From Flectonema sp. DT1601 (lineage: Eukaryota): a stretch of DNA of 64,000 bases. Numbering within the stretch: position 1 is the first letter of the stretch; each line of letters starts with the position of its first letter. Shown here piece by piece: positions 1 through 12,329 of the stretch. The notes beneath the pieces are model-generated. The model worked only from the letters and a program-made list of their open reading frames with translations. It was not told where the DNA came from and did not search any database. Location: assembly GCA_964019425.1 (NCBI GenBank), contig OZ025795.1, forward strand, positions 930,001 to 994,000, given 5' to 3'. The translations under genes and the position numbers were made by a program.

Positions 1-856
1 CAGTGTTCCTCGATGATTTCGATGTGCTTGAAGCTTTCCGAGGACTATGATCAGTTCTGTGTAGTATAACATGTGGTGATGATCCGCTTCCAACAGAACA
101 TAACGTACTCCCAGATGATGACCTGCTCGAATCACCAATACTATGAGGTGAAAACTCTGCTGGCTGTAGTACAGTTCTAGTTATCCCGTCATAACTATTA
201 AACTTAGGACGTACTCTAACTTTAGTTCCTGACTTGTTCCTCCGAGGACGTTTTTGTATCCTAACAGGTTCTCCAGTGAATTCTTTATCCTGCATTGTCA
301 GAGATAATGAACTTGATCGTGATAATCCAGCACTGATAAAATCAGATTCCAGTGTTGGAGTTGACGGGTTTCGAACCAACGGATTCCCAACACGTTTATC
401 CTTTCCAAGATTTGGTTCAAATGGGAATTGTACTTTTCTCTTTGGGGATGAGCCTAAACATTTTATATTGATATCTACTTTAAGTAATTGTTGCTTTCTG
501 TGATGATGTTTCAGAAATAGAATTCCTGCTACCACTACTGGAATGACTAGTATCCATAGAAGCCAAAGTAGTGGAGAAGGGACTTTACATGTAGGACTAC
601 CACCTGGTTTGTAGCATTGTGGCCCACATTCACTCGGATACGTTGGATTACCTCCACAGTAACCAAGAAATCCATTACTCAAATTACCTGAATGAAGAAC
701 CATCACTTCACCAGCTTCATGACAACAATATCTAATACCGCCTGGAACAATTGAACACTGTGGGGACACCAATCCACTACACTCACACAAACAGCATTCA
801 CAACGAGGACAACTAGTCCCTAATACCAATTGAGGTATTATTACCAAGACGTTCAT
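1..856 (-). CDS. Cys-rich type I membrane protein, partial (runs off the left edge)
   Basis: Manual translation is stop-free from ATG 856 to base 1: MNVLVIIPQLVLGTSCPRCECCLCECSG...CGPQCYKPGGSPTCK, a TM helix LLWLLWILVIPVVAGILFL, a basic stop-transfer KHHHRK, then a Ser/Arg-rich tail. It is absent from the ORF track because there is no stop in the window. The 5' structure is uncertain. Confidence 0.75.
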   Translation of the reverse strand, partial: MNVLVIIPQLVLGTSCPRCECCLCECSGLVSPQCSIVPGGIRYCCHEAGEVMVLHSGNLSNGFLGYCGGNPTYPSECGPQCYKPGGSPTCKVPSPLLWLLWILVIPVVVAGILFLKHHHRKQQLLKVDINIKCLGSSPKRKVQFPFEPNLGKDKRVGNPLVRNPSTPTLESDFISAGLSRSSSLSLTMQDKEFTGEPVRIQKRPRRNKSGTKVRVRPKFNSYDGITRTVLQPAEFSPHSIGDSSRSSSGSTLCSVGSGSSPHVILHRTDHSPRKASSTSKSSRNT

Positions 857-1309
857 TGTTGTTCACATTCATCAGGGTATGAATTTAGAAGAAACAGACT
901 GGTTGGTTACAAATAATAGATTAAAATCATTAAGGCCATGTGTACAGTGTACGCTTCTTAATTGTCCCATTTTTATATACGACCTGTGAAACAGACAATG
1001 CAAATGAGACCTGTTAGGTATACAAACTAACAGCTTTACAAAGGGGACATCTTGTTAGGATGTCGCTCGTTGTTGAAACTGTTAACTGATACTGTAAACA
1101 GCATTAATCCGATCATCACATTGAGAGAGTGAATCATTTTGTGGTTAAGTAACTATTAATAAAAATATTATTAAAAATTAATTTTTTAAAAAAAATAAGT
1201 AATCAACAAAAGTCAGATTTTTCAGCTTCATAAACACGTATCACACCACACAGAGAAAGAGATAACAGAATGGAGCTGAGCATCTACATGAATAAAACCT
1301 TTTATAAAG

Positions 1310-1340
<31 letters not shown>

Positions 1341-2366
1341 AAAGGAAAGGAAAGGAAAGATTCGACTAAAAAGTTATTTAAAAAAAAAAAAGAAAAAAGA
1401 AAAGTGCCAAACTTCTTGAGGATAATAAAGATCAAAAAATCAAACCGTGGGAGGAAATACTTTTTTTGAAAAGAACTTAATCTCATCTCCGTTTATAAAA
1501 AAAAAAAAATTTAAAAAAAAAAAACATGCGACCTCGGATGTGAAATATAAAGAGGAAGAAAGAAAAAAGTAATAATTATTTGAATTGCTAAACAAAAGAG
1601 AACACAACGAGAAACTCGTCGGTCTTCATTACAACTATCGCCTATAAGACGAATACAGCCACCCGGGATATGCACATGAAATGGCCTGCCTTTCAGTTAA
1701 GAAAACACAGATTTATATTTCAACTTAGCAGAAAAGGTTTTTTTTTCTTTCTTTCTCAATTGGGTTCACCTTTCAACAGCAACAAAAAAAATAAAAAATA
1801 AAAAGAACTCTTCGAGAACATTTGGGAATAATAAAAAAAAAAAGAAAAAGGTGAGATGATAAGCCTTAGTGGCTCACCGTGCGTGACGTTCGGGGGGTGA
1901 GGGAAAAAATTTGTTGTATTATTCCACGAGACAAGAAAACTTCGACTCTAGCTAAGTGGCACAGTAGCTGTAAGTACTACCAGGAGCTAGGAAAGAGCAA
2001 AAATAATTTGTTTAATCGCCGTCTCAGGTGTCCAGACAAAGAGAACCACAAACAACGCAGTGAAGACAAAGAAACGAATTGACATGTGCGCTGATGGGCA
2101 CACCATTTCAAGTTACTTTCTTTGTTGGAAAAAAGGGTCTAATAAATAAAATTATCGCTTTCATCTGAGCCATTGAAACAAAAAGATACTTGAACGCATA
2201 TAACTACACTCTCTGCTGGAACCACACAATAACTGAGAAGAAAGACACACTAACAAATGTCTATATCGTGAGAAAGGAAAACACCACAACAAAAAGATTT
2301 AATAAGAGGAGGGTGCCTTCAGCTACTGCTGTATTAGAACAGGTGCTGAAGAGAGGTGTAACAATA

Positions 2367-4053
2367 CTACTTTCTCATTAACGTTCTCATTAATTCACCT
2401 ACGGTAACCTTATCGTTCATGCTGTCCCAGAAGTTGCACTGAGCAGTGCGGACACCAGGAAGCATTACAAGACCTTTACCTCCCTGGGCAGTAGTGACAT
2501 CAAGGTTTAGTCTGTTGTCAACTGCACTAGATTGATACTTGTCCCATGGCGCTCCTGGGTTTCCTTTTATGATAAAGTTCAACCACAACTTTTGGATGGA
2601 GACTGCAAGTTGCTGTTCATCACTGTGTTCCCAGTGACAGTCATCTTGAGTTGGCCAGGCTGGACAGTTGAAGACATATGGGAGATCAGACGCATGTGGA
2701 ACTGACAAGGCATATGGTCCAGATCCTGGAATCATTGTTTCACTCTTAGTAGCGTGGCTAAGGAAGTACATGTACAAAGAGTTAGTCTTTCTTAATGCAT
2801 CACCAGCTTCACGGTTAGTACAAGTAAGACCCATGTCAGTAACAGCATCAACTGCTGCCCACCACCAGTGGCTGTACTTCGTACTGTTTGGGTATGTGAA
2901 GTTAGGTCTTGAGTAAAGCTCCTTTACTTCCCTCAAGTGAGCAGGGGTACGAACAAGTGGTAACATAATGGCATCAAAAGCATCTTCGTCCATCAGTGGT
3001 TCGAAGACTAATCCAAAAGCCAATTCATCCTTGTTACTACCAGCTAGGAGCTCTCTACCATTTACCTCACCATCAAGCATTGAGACGAATGGATCTTTTA
3101 CTAACTCAACACCATCGATGCATGGTTGCCAAGTTCCACTAATGGCAGCATTGAGTTTCTCAACAGCCTTCCAAGGAGCCTTCTTCATGCACTCAGCAGT
3201 GGTACAGTTTAACCCCTTCATGAAGTCTTTGTACTCACCGGCACCTTCTTTAATTGTTCTGGCGGCTGGGTGCCAAAGTCCAGACTGCATTCCTGCGGTT
3301 CGTTTTTTTTTTTGTTGTTGTTGGATAAAATAAGGAATCATAACTTAAGGTCAACAGATAATACATACCTGCTCTCTTGAACAATGCCTTTGAGCGAGGG
3401 GCCATTAAGTGGGCCTGAACGTTCCAAGCACCAGCACTCTCACCTATGATACTTACTTCATTGGCGTCACCTCCAAAAGCAGAGATGTGGTCGTGGATCC
3501 ATTGAAGTGCTAAACGCTGGTCCTGAAGACCCCAGTTACCAGTAGAAGAGTCCTTTCCCTTAAGGTCGTCTGATGATAACCAACCAAAAACATTCAAACG
3601 GTAGTTGATAGTTACGATGACAGCTTCTCCTTTTGAAGTAGCAACGAGTGTCTCACCGTGGTAGGCATTACCACATCCGAAATTGTCACTACCTCCGTGA
3701 ATCCACATCAACACGGGTAAGTTTGTTTTTGGCTGTGCTCCTTTTGTTGGAGTGTAAACATTAAGAAATAAACATTCTTCACTTGTAACAACTGGATTAT
3801 CTCTTAGACACAAGGCTCCTGGACACGTTGGACCAAACCGAGTACCATTTCTAATACCTCCGGACCACTTTGGAGGAAGTGTTGGGTTCTCCCATCTCTG
3901 AGACTTACCATACTGAATTCCTAAGTAGTTGTCAACGCTTACACCGTTGGTTATTTTTGTAAAACCTTCAATCTCTCCTAACCCCGGAACCTTTGTTATT
4001 GGATTACCTGCTGTAGTCCACACAGACAGAAGTAGTAACGTGTTGCGAATCAT
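2367..4053 (-). CDS. Secreted type-B carboxylesterase/cholinesterase-family hydrolase, 2 exons (4053-3369, 3292-2367), 536 aa
   Basis: Signal peptide MIRNTLLLLSVWTTAG; motifs SEECLFLNVY, WIHGG, INYRLNVFGW, GNWGLQDQ, nucleophile GESAG, acid NKDE, HASDL. Removing a GT-AG intron joins KRAG/MQSG in frame. Confidence 0.95.
3293..3368 (-). other. Spliceosomal intron, 76 nt
   Basis: GTATGT...CAACAACAACAAAAAAAAAAACGAACCGCAG; removal fuses the two esterase ORFs in frame. Confidence 0.92.
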
Positions 4054-4077
4054 TTTTTTTTTATCAGAAAGTTTGTT

Positions 4078-4157
4078 CTTAAAAAAATAAATTTACTTTA
4101 CGTAAATCAGCATATTATATAAATTGTCCATCGAACTATCCAGTGTAAATAAAAGAA

Positions 4158-4190
<33 letters not shown>
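4078..4190 (-). promoter_or_regulatory. Putative polypyrimidine tract and trans-splice acceptor in a 150-bp intergenic spacer
   Basis: On the minus strand a ~31-nt T run (4160-4190) is followed by TTTATTTTTTTAAG about 25 nt before the esterase ATG; this is the typical euglenozoan intercistronic layout (inference). Confidence 0.5.
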
Positions 4191-4193
<3 letters not shown>

Positions 4194-4203
4194 AATATCC
4201 TGA

Positions 4204-6513
4204 CTACCGATTTGCAGTGACACGCATCTCTGTTGCTGCAGCTGCTGATAGCAGGGTTCCCAACCCAACTGGGTTTCTTTTTTTATTTTGTAAGACTGTG
4301 TCTCGAAGGATGCGAATTGCCCATTTTAGATGTTTGCAATAAGACGTTAAATATTTAGGTGGAGCAGAAATTAGAAACTCAGTTCTCTCACGTTCGACTT
4401 TATAACTGAGGTTTATTACGGATGACGGGTAGGGAGCAGTTGAAATTAAGACATCAGTACCTACCCAATTAGGAATACGAGTGGATACCATAAATGGATT
4501 GTTTTGATGAGTCACTGTCGGTTCTTGTATTGAACCCAAGACTTCATTGAGTGTCACGTCACTTATAGTGCTCGAAATATCATTTATGTTTGATGATATT
4601 TTCTTCGCGATCGATTTTATCATTTTATCAATATCCTGTTTGTTCCTTTTTACGATACTTTTTTCAATTAATACCTCACACAATTTTCTTTCATTCAGTT
4701 CAATGTAATCAATAGGTGCACCAAAAAAAGCCTCCCTAAACACAGTAACTAAATGAATAAATTTTTCACCACCACCGTGTAGCATAAAAGCCGCTAAGTG
4801 AGTTGCCAGGTCCATGAAGACTTCAAAACGACATTGGCGAAGTAAATTGTTACCAACGTCATTAATAGTTAGTTTTGTATACGGGTATAAAGTACTACTC
4901 ATAGATGAGATTTTATATAATTTTTTCAACACTTGGGATGAAGGAACGGCATTTAAAGATTGCGGTTTCGGAATCATGATCATCACCGAATTACTTATCA
5001 AAGAAGCTTCTAATGACCTCCATTGACTGTTAGTTAAGAAGCCACTATGCTTAGCGTGGATTGCGTTATAAGGTATCCCCGGATTGTGGATTACACTGGT
5101 CAAGTTATCAACTGAAATATGAATATAAGGTCGACATCGCAATAATACTTCCAGTTCATGTGGTGGAGGAGTAGCTTCCAACAATTCTTGACATGCTAAG
5201 ATTTGTCCAACAGAAAGAGATAGCCATTTTAACTTAGTGTGATTTTCAATTTGAGATATCCACATGTACATTGATGTTTCTTTATGATAGTTTTGAATTG
5301 ATGACTTGACTAGAGATGAGAGAGATGCCGTGGTAACAATCAAAGTCAAAGGATCTATAATACTACTATCACCAACAAAAGACATCGTACCATCAGAGAA
5401 CAGTCTAACATGCAAACTTTTTCCCAACCAACAAGAAAATGGACTACACGACTCAGTAACGATATTACTGCCAGAACAATCACTCAATGATATCACACAA
5501 ACAGACTCTTCTATTATTGACACGACTGATTGTAATTCAGTCTCATTGTTGTTGAAGAGAATATCTTCGGAAAGCTCTCTCCTTGGCAGTGAGCTCAGTA
5601 GGGTGAGAGGAAACGGATTTTCACTTACAGGACCATCATCCAATACTGAGTCTATTGCCAGTTGAATATTTGAAGGGTGAATTACAGTACCATCTTCTTG
5701 TGTAACTTGAATACCATAAAGATGATTCTTATATTGGAGTACAATGTGTTGCTTACCTGATTGTGGGACTCGATACTTAATAGTGTCTGTAGTCTGACCT
5801 GACACTCTCACAGCTCTGAATAATAACATATGCATGTAGGTATCAATTATTCTGTTTCTATTTGACTTTACAGCGTTGTATGATAGATGTGTACCTTCTT
5901 CTACGGAATTCTTTAGTGACATCAAACTTGCTATAACCAATCCAGCAGTACCGTAAGTTCGATTCCCGAAATTGACATTTTTTGCGACGGCGCAAGATAA
6001 GTGACTTCCGGTAATGGGATTATCGTCTGAGAGTTGTTTTAGTTGTGGAAGTCTCCAAGTCCAGCATGGCATAGTGTTAATTATAGCATTTAATGTTGTT
6101 GAATGTTTTTCGTGTTGTTTTGGTATGCCGAGGGGCTTCAAGGAGCTGCAGTGAGAGTCATTAAGGAACGGACATAATTCTTCTATTGAGGGAGTAGTAC
6201 CTGCTGACAGAAGGAGTACGATCCCTGGTTTTGATGAGTTCTTTTTACTCAGTAATAATATCCGTAACACAGACGGCATTGATTCAAACATGACCTGAGT
6301 GTCCTTCGCTCTTACCCTCTTATTAGATGTTAGTACTGGTTGTATCTTTACTCCACTCCGAACCCCTGCACACAGCAGTCGAATTCTCTTCTTCTGCTCC
6401 TTGTAGATAGCTCTGTGAACCTCAAGCTCTGCTATGTCATTTTTAGTGTCTGAGGTATATGTCATTATTATTGTTTGGAATCTGATGAAGCAAAATGGTG
6501 AAGTGAGCGTCAT
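4204..6513 (-). CDS. Choline/carnitine O-acyltransferase-like protein, divergent, catalytic His absent
   Basis: 769 aa ORF with family-like blocks HIVLQYKNHLYGIQV, LLSSLPR, IEESVCVISL and WLGKSLHVRLFSDG. The expected EHSxxD reads DSSIID. The N-terminus is uncertain (possible intron near 6447-6515). Confidence 0.75.
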   Translation of the reverse strand: MTLTSPFCFIRFQTIIMTYTSDTKNDIAELEVHRAIYKEQKKRIRLLCAGVRSGVKIQPVLTSNKRVRAKDTQVMFESMPSVLRILLLSKKNSSKPGIVLLLSAGTTPSIEELCPFLNDSHCSSLKPLGIPKQHEKHSTTLNAIINTMPCWTWRLPQLKQLSDDNPITGSHLSCAVAKNVNFGNRTYGTAGLVIASLMSLKNSVEEGTHLSYNAVKSNRNRIIDTYMHMLLFRAVRVSGQTTDTIKYRVPQSGKQHIVLQYKNHLYGIQVTQEDGTVIHPSNIQLAIDSVLDDGPVSENPFPLTLLSSLPRRELSEDILFNNNETELQSVVSIIEESVCVISLSDCSGSNIVTESCSPFSCWLGKSLHVRLFSDGTMSFVGDSSIIDPLTLIVTTASLSSLVKSSIQNYHKETSMYMWISQIENHTKLKWLSLSVGQILACQELLEATPPPHELEVLLRCRPYIHISVDNLTSVIHNPGIPYNAIHAKHSGFLTNSQWRSLEASLISNSVMIMIPKPQSLNAVPSSQVLKKLYKISSMSSTLYPYTKLTINDVGNNLLRQCRFEVFMDLATHLAAFMLHGGGEKFIHLVTVFREAFFGAPIDYIELNERKLCEVLIEKSIVKRNKQDIDKMIKSIAKKISSNINDISSTISDVTLNEVLGSIQEPTVTHQNNPFMVSTRIPNWVGTDVLISTAPYPSSVINLSYKVERERTEFLISAPPKYLTSYCKHLKWAIRILRDTVLQNKKRNPVGLGTLLSAAAATEMRVTANR

Positions 6514-7860
6514 ACCATCTGAAATCTGCTATGTTTTGTATTCATTTAGAAATGTCCTGTAGTACAGAATATCATTCGCCACTGATTCTTATATTTAAAA
6601 AAAAAAAAAAAAAAAACGTGTCTGTTATCAATGCAACTACTGTGTTGGGGAAAGGGAATGAGGATTCGGTTTCGGAACTTAGAATTTTTGACACAAAATA
6701 TAAAAAAAAAAAATACAAAAAAAGCAATGATTTCCCATCACTGAGTTGATTTGAAGCAACGAATGTTAATTTTTTTTTTTTTTTTTTTTTTTTTTACAAT
6801 GACCTTCCCCGTCTCCGACAAGGTGACTATAAAAGCAACAGAAGAGCTTACGACATGCATACAGAATGACAAGAACAAAAAAAAAAAAAAAAAAAAAAAA
6901 AACAACTGAAAAAAAGTACAAAGGCACAATGAATCTCATTTGTGGTACCGCACTGTCCGAATTACAAATTATTTCAGAAAAAGAAAACCGCTGATAATTA
7001 ATAAATGCATATTGATGTGTATCAACAGAACCACATCTTTTAACAAAAAAAACAACAGCTGCTCTTTTTTTTTTTTTTTTTTAAATGATGAAGGAAGGGA
7101 AAAGGATAACTCATACTTTTTAACCAACTGGGGTAGGTAGTATTACGTTTCTTTCCTCGTGTATGGATACTAGTCGCAACAAAAAAAAAAAAAAAAAATT
7201 GCTTGCTCGAACACAGGCATAACTTAATATTCCGTCAGAATACAAATTTGTTTCTTTAAGTACTACTGATAAGAAAACATACTTACTGAAAAAAAGACAA
7301 ATAAATAATAAACAAAAAAGGTGTACAAAACTAGCACAAATAACTACACGGCGGTCGCTCTCCCTTTTAATGCCTGGAACACCGTGAAGGCTAAGAAACA
7401 AAGAAAAAAAGAGGGAAAAAAAAAGTCGGTGCAAAAAGATATAATTGAGCCTTCGGTCTTGTTTGCTTTTTCGTAGTTGCTGAGATCAATTTAACCTAAA
7501 AGTAAGACGTTGGTTTGGTTTAGTTTCAGTGACGCAACTAGAGAAAAGGAAAAAGAGAGAAAAACACGGAGGGCACAACGGAGAACAGAATCGTGAACTG
7601 TGATCTATCGGGTCAATTATACTTCCATCCACACAAAGGTGTGGATGCAAAAAAAAAAAAAAAAAAAAAGGGAAAAAGGGAAAACTACAATAAACAATAT
7701 AGTTGGTTATTAAATCCAACGAAGCAATTTTCCAGAGAGACAATTCTCAATGTGCTAAAACAAACAATTTTCAGACAGCAGGCACAATTAACTTTGCAGT
7801 CACTGATTGCTGAATGCAGGTGTGATGAGTATTTTTACAAAGTGCTGTTGATGACAACAC

Positions 7861-8815
7861 TTACTTACAATGCAATCTTCTTCTAGCTGTCCCGCCAGTC
7901 CTGACTTCTGGTCTTTCCCACTCACCCAGTTCAGGGTGTGCCTTTAAAGGTGATACCTATTGTTATTATTATTATTATTATTATTATTAGTGTTAATCTA
8001 TCACAATACGTCCACTCTAAGAATAGCTACTAACATACCGGATACTGAGGAAAATCATCGTTGGCTGTTGGACGCACCTGAATATAATAAGAAGGACAGT
8101 AGTATGGATGTTTCGCAGTAAAAATATTCTGAGCCTGCTGTCTAGCTAACATATGGTCTTCAGGAAGATCTTCACTTTGAAAAGCATCTGCTGGAGTCCC
8201 TGAATTGATGTCTCTATGAGCAATTGGACTATCAGTAAAACATGGTAGTGTAGTATTAAGTCCTTCTTCTTGTGTATGACTGAAGGTTGAATTATCATCA
8301 ACCGACCCGAGTGCTGCGAAAGCATTAGAACTCCTTATTTGTGGAGATGTTACGTGAGTTGCTTCGAGAACAACTTTAAACTGTTCCATCAATCGCTCTT
8401 GAGTCTCTGTTACTTTTCCTATCACAGTTTCTATGAGAGTAGTGTAGTGATTCATGTCTTGCTGTAATTCAGTTACAGTCGGCATCTTTTTTGGTTTTTT
8501 TGTTTTCTTAACTACTTTAGTTCGATTTTTTATTGCTCTCAAAGGTGATTGATTTCGTGGACTTGATGACTGCTTTGAACGACGTTCTGATCTTCGTTGA
8601 GTTGGGCTTGATGGTTGCAATGTGTCATCAGTTACCCCCGCAGCCATAGTTAAGAGATATTTATTTTTATCACCCGGGGACCATTTATTATATCCAACAG
8701 GTTTCTTTACTGTGGCCACAGGTGATTCCGGAGGAGGCTGATCTTCAGCAAGCTTCGCAGCCATCTCTGTTAAATATTTCATCTTATCATCTCGAGTCCA
8801 CCTATTGCAATCCAT
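7861..8815 (-). CDS. Hypothetical protein with two 17-aa repeats and a coiled coil, probably 2 exons (8815-8039, 7956-7861)
   Basis: 261 aa homopolymer-free ORF. Intron GTATGT...(AAT)n ACAATAG adds VSPLKAHPELGEWERPEVRTGGTARRRLHCK*. Acceptor TTTTCTTCAG at 8837-8846. Confidence 0.7.
7957..8038 (-). other. Predicted intron, 82 nt, containing an (AAT)n microsatellite
   Basis: GTATGT donor, AATAG acceptor; the downstream exon is open for 31 codons. Confidence 0.7.
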
Positions 8816-11537
8816 GTGCTAGCGTAGCATGTATTCCTGAAGAAAATTAAGTACATTATTTCATTACAAAACTGGTTTGCGCTAGACTCTTATGTGTACC
8901 TTGTTGCCTGTAAAAAGAAAAGACTACATAACTTAAAAAACTATTTGATTTAAGCGAAATTATTCAAGAGTGAGTGAGGTGCGGGTAGGCCCTTTTCGCA
9001 AATTTTGCCTCAATTTTTTTTTTTTTTTTTGTTTTCTTTCCGCAGTGGCTTTCCAAGCAATATTGAGTTAGCATTTGCTCATTGCTGTTGGTGTACCATG
9101 ACGCCTTCCAGATAAGTTGGGGAAAACTATACCGTTGTCAATTCTGCAACACAAAGGACTACTGTCAAACCTATATATTCAGGCTCGTGAATTTTTTTTT
9201 TTTTTTTTCGCATACGTGAGAACTCTATCTTCGTTTCTTTTTGTTTTTTTGTTTGAAAAAAAAACAAAAAGGGCCCGGGATTGTGGAATGTTCTTTCTCT
9301 TTTTTTTTTTTTTTTTTTCTTTTTTTTCTCAGTGAAAATGTCCAGCAGCTCTCCAACGGTGATTGCGGGGAAAAAAATGACAACGCAACATCGATACTCA
9401 CTGAACAAAACCTGGTCGCTTACAGCATGGAGCTAGAAAGGAGTCTTCTATGATCAGAAGGGGAAGGAAACACGAATATCGCCAACACAGGTGGCGAAAA
9501 TAATAAAAAGGCCACTATCACCCCGCCGACCACAAGGCATGTCAATGATTTGAGGAAGGGAGTTAAGTGTCATTTCTTTTCGCACCCTTCAGGATATAAT
9601 CTTGTGGGCTCTCTTCCGTTTCTTGTTATTATTATTATTTTTTTTTTTTCAATGACCTTTACCTCGGGCTGATACTATCAGGTTCTTTTTTTTTTTTTTT
9701 TTTTTTTTTCAAAAAAAACCTCCTGCTTCTGACGAAGTTAGGCGGCTCGTCAGTCACGTAAGAACTATCTCCTGACTGACACAATTTCCCTAACATCGCA
9801 AGTGTGCGTTACCGTAAAGACACAACATCGTCCGAGGTGGTGCATTCCCCGCACTAACAGTAAATATTTTATGGTGAGAAAGAGAAGAGAGAGGAGAATA
9901 AACAAAAATAAAAGGTTGGGGAATATAAGTGATGCTTCGTGAGGTGAGAAAAGGAATGGGACTTAACTCGAAGTTTTCACAGGAATTCGTTTTTTTTTTT
10001 TTTTTTTTTTTCCTTCCCCAGAATTCCGAAAAGTTTGTCAGAAACACCTCGAAATTCCAAAATAGCAAGTGATTTCCGTTTCATGCCCAGGCCATGTGCT
10101 ACAACTCCTGAAAAGCAATAATGAGTCTGATTTTGCGTCAGTTCTTTCCCAAATACCGTGAATTTCCAAAAAAGATATTTTCCTCAAACTATTTTTAGCT
10201 ACTTTGGAATGAATGTTGCCATCCGACTACATTTACAAGTCATCTATTTGGGAAGTTTTTCACTCTTTCACTTTATTATGGCCCCCCTTCTTTCATTCCT
10301 TACAACTGTAAAGTGCAACGAAGACAGACGTCTCGCGCTGCACGTAACAAGATCCCAGAGGAAAAAACAGAGAGAAGAAAGCCACGCTACAGGATTGCAC
10401 GTTGTCGAAGGGGGAAATGGCAAAACAAGAGCACAAATCGCACTTGTCCCAGTAGGCCAGCAACTACCACGGGCCTACGAAATATTAAATGGAATTATGA
10501 GAGAGAAAGAACCTTTACTTTTCAACAAGATTACCACAACTTTACTTGAAATTTCGTGATTTTCTCTGTTTCTCGTTCAGCATAGCGACCGTTGTGCAAT
10601 TCCGCTATGCGCATTCAAAAGAAGAAATGACGTATTTCAGTCTAGGTATCATTTGAGTAAGGTAAAAGACATAAATATTAAAAAGGTGGGAGCTGATACG
10701 CCAGGATTCACACACCACATTCAAGTGAAAAGTCAAAAAGAACATTGAGAGGGAATTTTGAGATTTTTTTTTTTTTTTTCTATTTTTTTTTATAGTTTTT
10801 GTACTTCAAAAAATCATAAGTGCGTGATTTTTTTTATTTATTTTTTTCTTTTTTTGGAATAAGCGGTAGGAGAATTGAAATAAATAGTAAAAATAAAAAT
10901 GTAAGAAACGAAAAAAAATAAATTTAAGAAAAAAGAAAAAGGGGAGCAGAAGAACTGCCAAGGTTTAAAATTAGAGAAATAGCGTGAACATGAGCTCAGG
11001 CTTTTTTACAGCCATAAAAGAGGAATGAGGAAAGAGGTGCAAAAAAAAAAGAAAATAGGAAACAAAAAAACAGAGGTTCCCTGAGACAAGCGTTCAATCA
11101 GGTCCACTTTTTGTTCCTCGATAAAAATATAAATCAGCCTACAGAAATTTTAAAAGTACTAAAATGAAAGAATAAAGCATACGAATTGTTTCTTGTTTTT
11201 TTTTCTTTTTCTCTTGTTTTTTTTTTAATATAATTTTTTTTTTTTTTCAAGGGGATTAACTGTTCGATTTGTACGTAAAATACAAATGTATTGTATCATA
11301 AACAACATAACGATAATTTAACATTTTCAAGGGGGAGAATAGTTCATGGGGAAGCGCATATCATACAAGGTTAAAAAAAGTACCGGCCAAGGCTGAGAGA
11401 CACGGGTCTCTCGCATACCAAGCTACAATTTTTGGTAAAAGGCCGTGCGAATTGCGTCAAATGTACCTCCTTGCTGAATAAGATAAATATGCATTTTCTT
11501 GACAAAACTTAACCGCAGTCACAAATGAGGTCAACAA

Positions 11538-11572
<35 letters not shown>

Positions 11573-12296
11573 AAAGTTGCACTGACTTTACCGTGAATTC
11601 CCAAATTTCCTATGGGAGAAAGAGGAATCAACGAGTACTGTCATCAACTTGGTAGTTTTTTTTTCTTCTTCTTTGCTCGAAGGCAACCTCGGTTGTTAAT
11701 ACAAGAAAGAACGGTTCTTTCCGCATTTTTGCGCAAAAGAATAAGAGTGACACACACTTTGCGAAGTAGAAAGAGCCAAACACCGAAAACTAAGAAACCG
11801 AAGTTGTTAACTTTCTCTTTTTTTTTTTCCCCTCCATCTCTAAAAACCCTTTTTCGCATACCAGATGGAAGACACCACCAAAGAAGCACTTAAAACAAGA
11901 AATGTAGCTGGTTACTCTCTGCCACGGTAGCAATCAGCCAACAAAACAAAAAGAAAGTGCTTCCTTGTTACTCGCATGCCACAGTGGCCACCAACAGAAG
12001 CCAACAAAAAATCGTCTTTTACTCAAAATGTAAAGACATTTACTTGTATTAAATATGTAGGAGGGAAGGAAAAAATCAAGGACGAAAAAGAAAAAGGAAA
12101 AAAGCACTTCGCAAGCGAAAAAAGTAAGAATAATTGTTCATTATATCAAATTGCACTAAAGTTAGTAAGAGTTAGTTAGCACATGTATGTTTTCAGTGAC
12201 TTTTTTACGTCGTTGAAATACTCTCTCTGGTCAGATTGATATTTATGTTCTCCTGCAAAGGAAGATCAAATCGAGGATCGCAACGAGGGGAAAAAG

Positions 12297-12329
<33 letters not shown>

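Noticed and set aside
10158..10559. Homopolymer-poor plus-strand ORFs (also 12487-12714)
   Set aside because: Short, antisense to the cluster and without motifs; possibly TE debris but unsupported.
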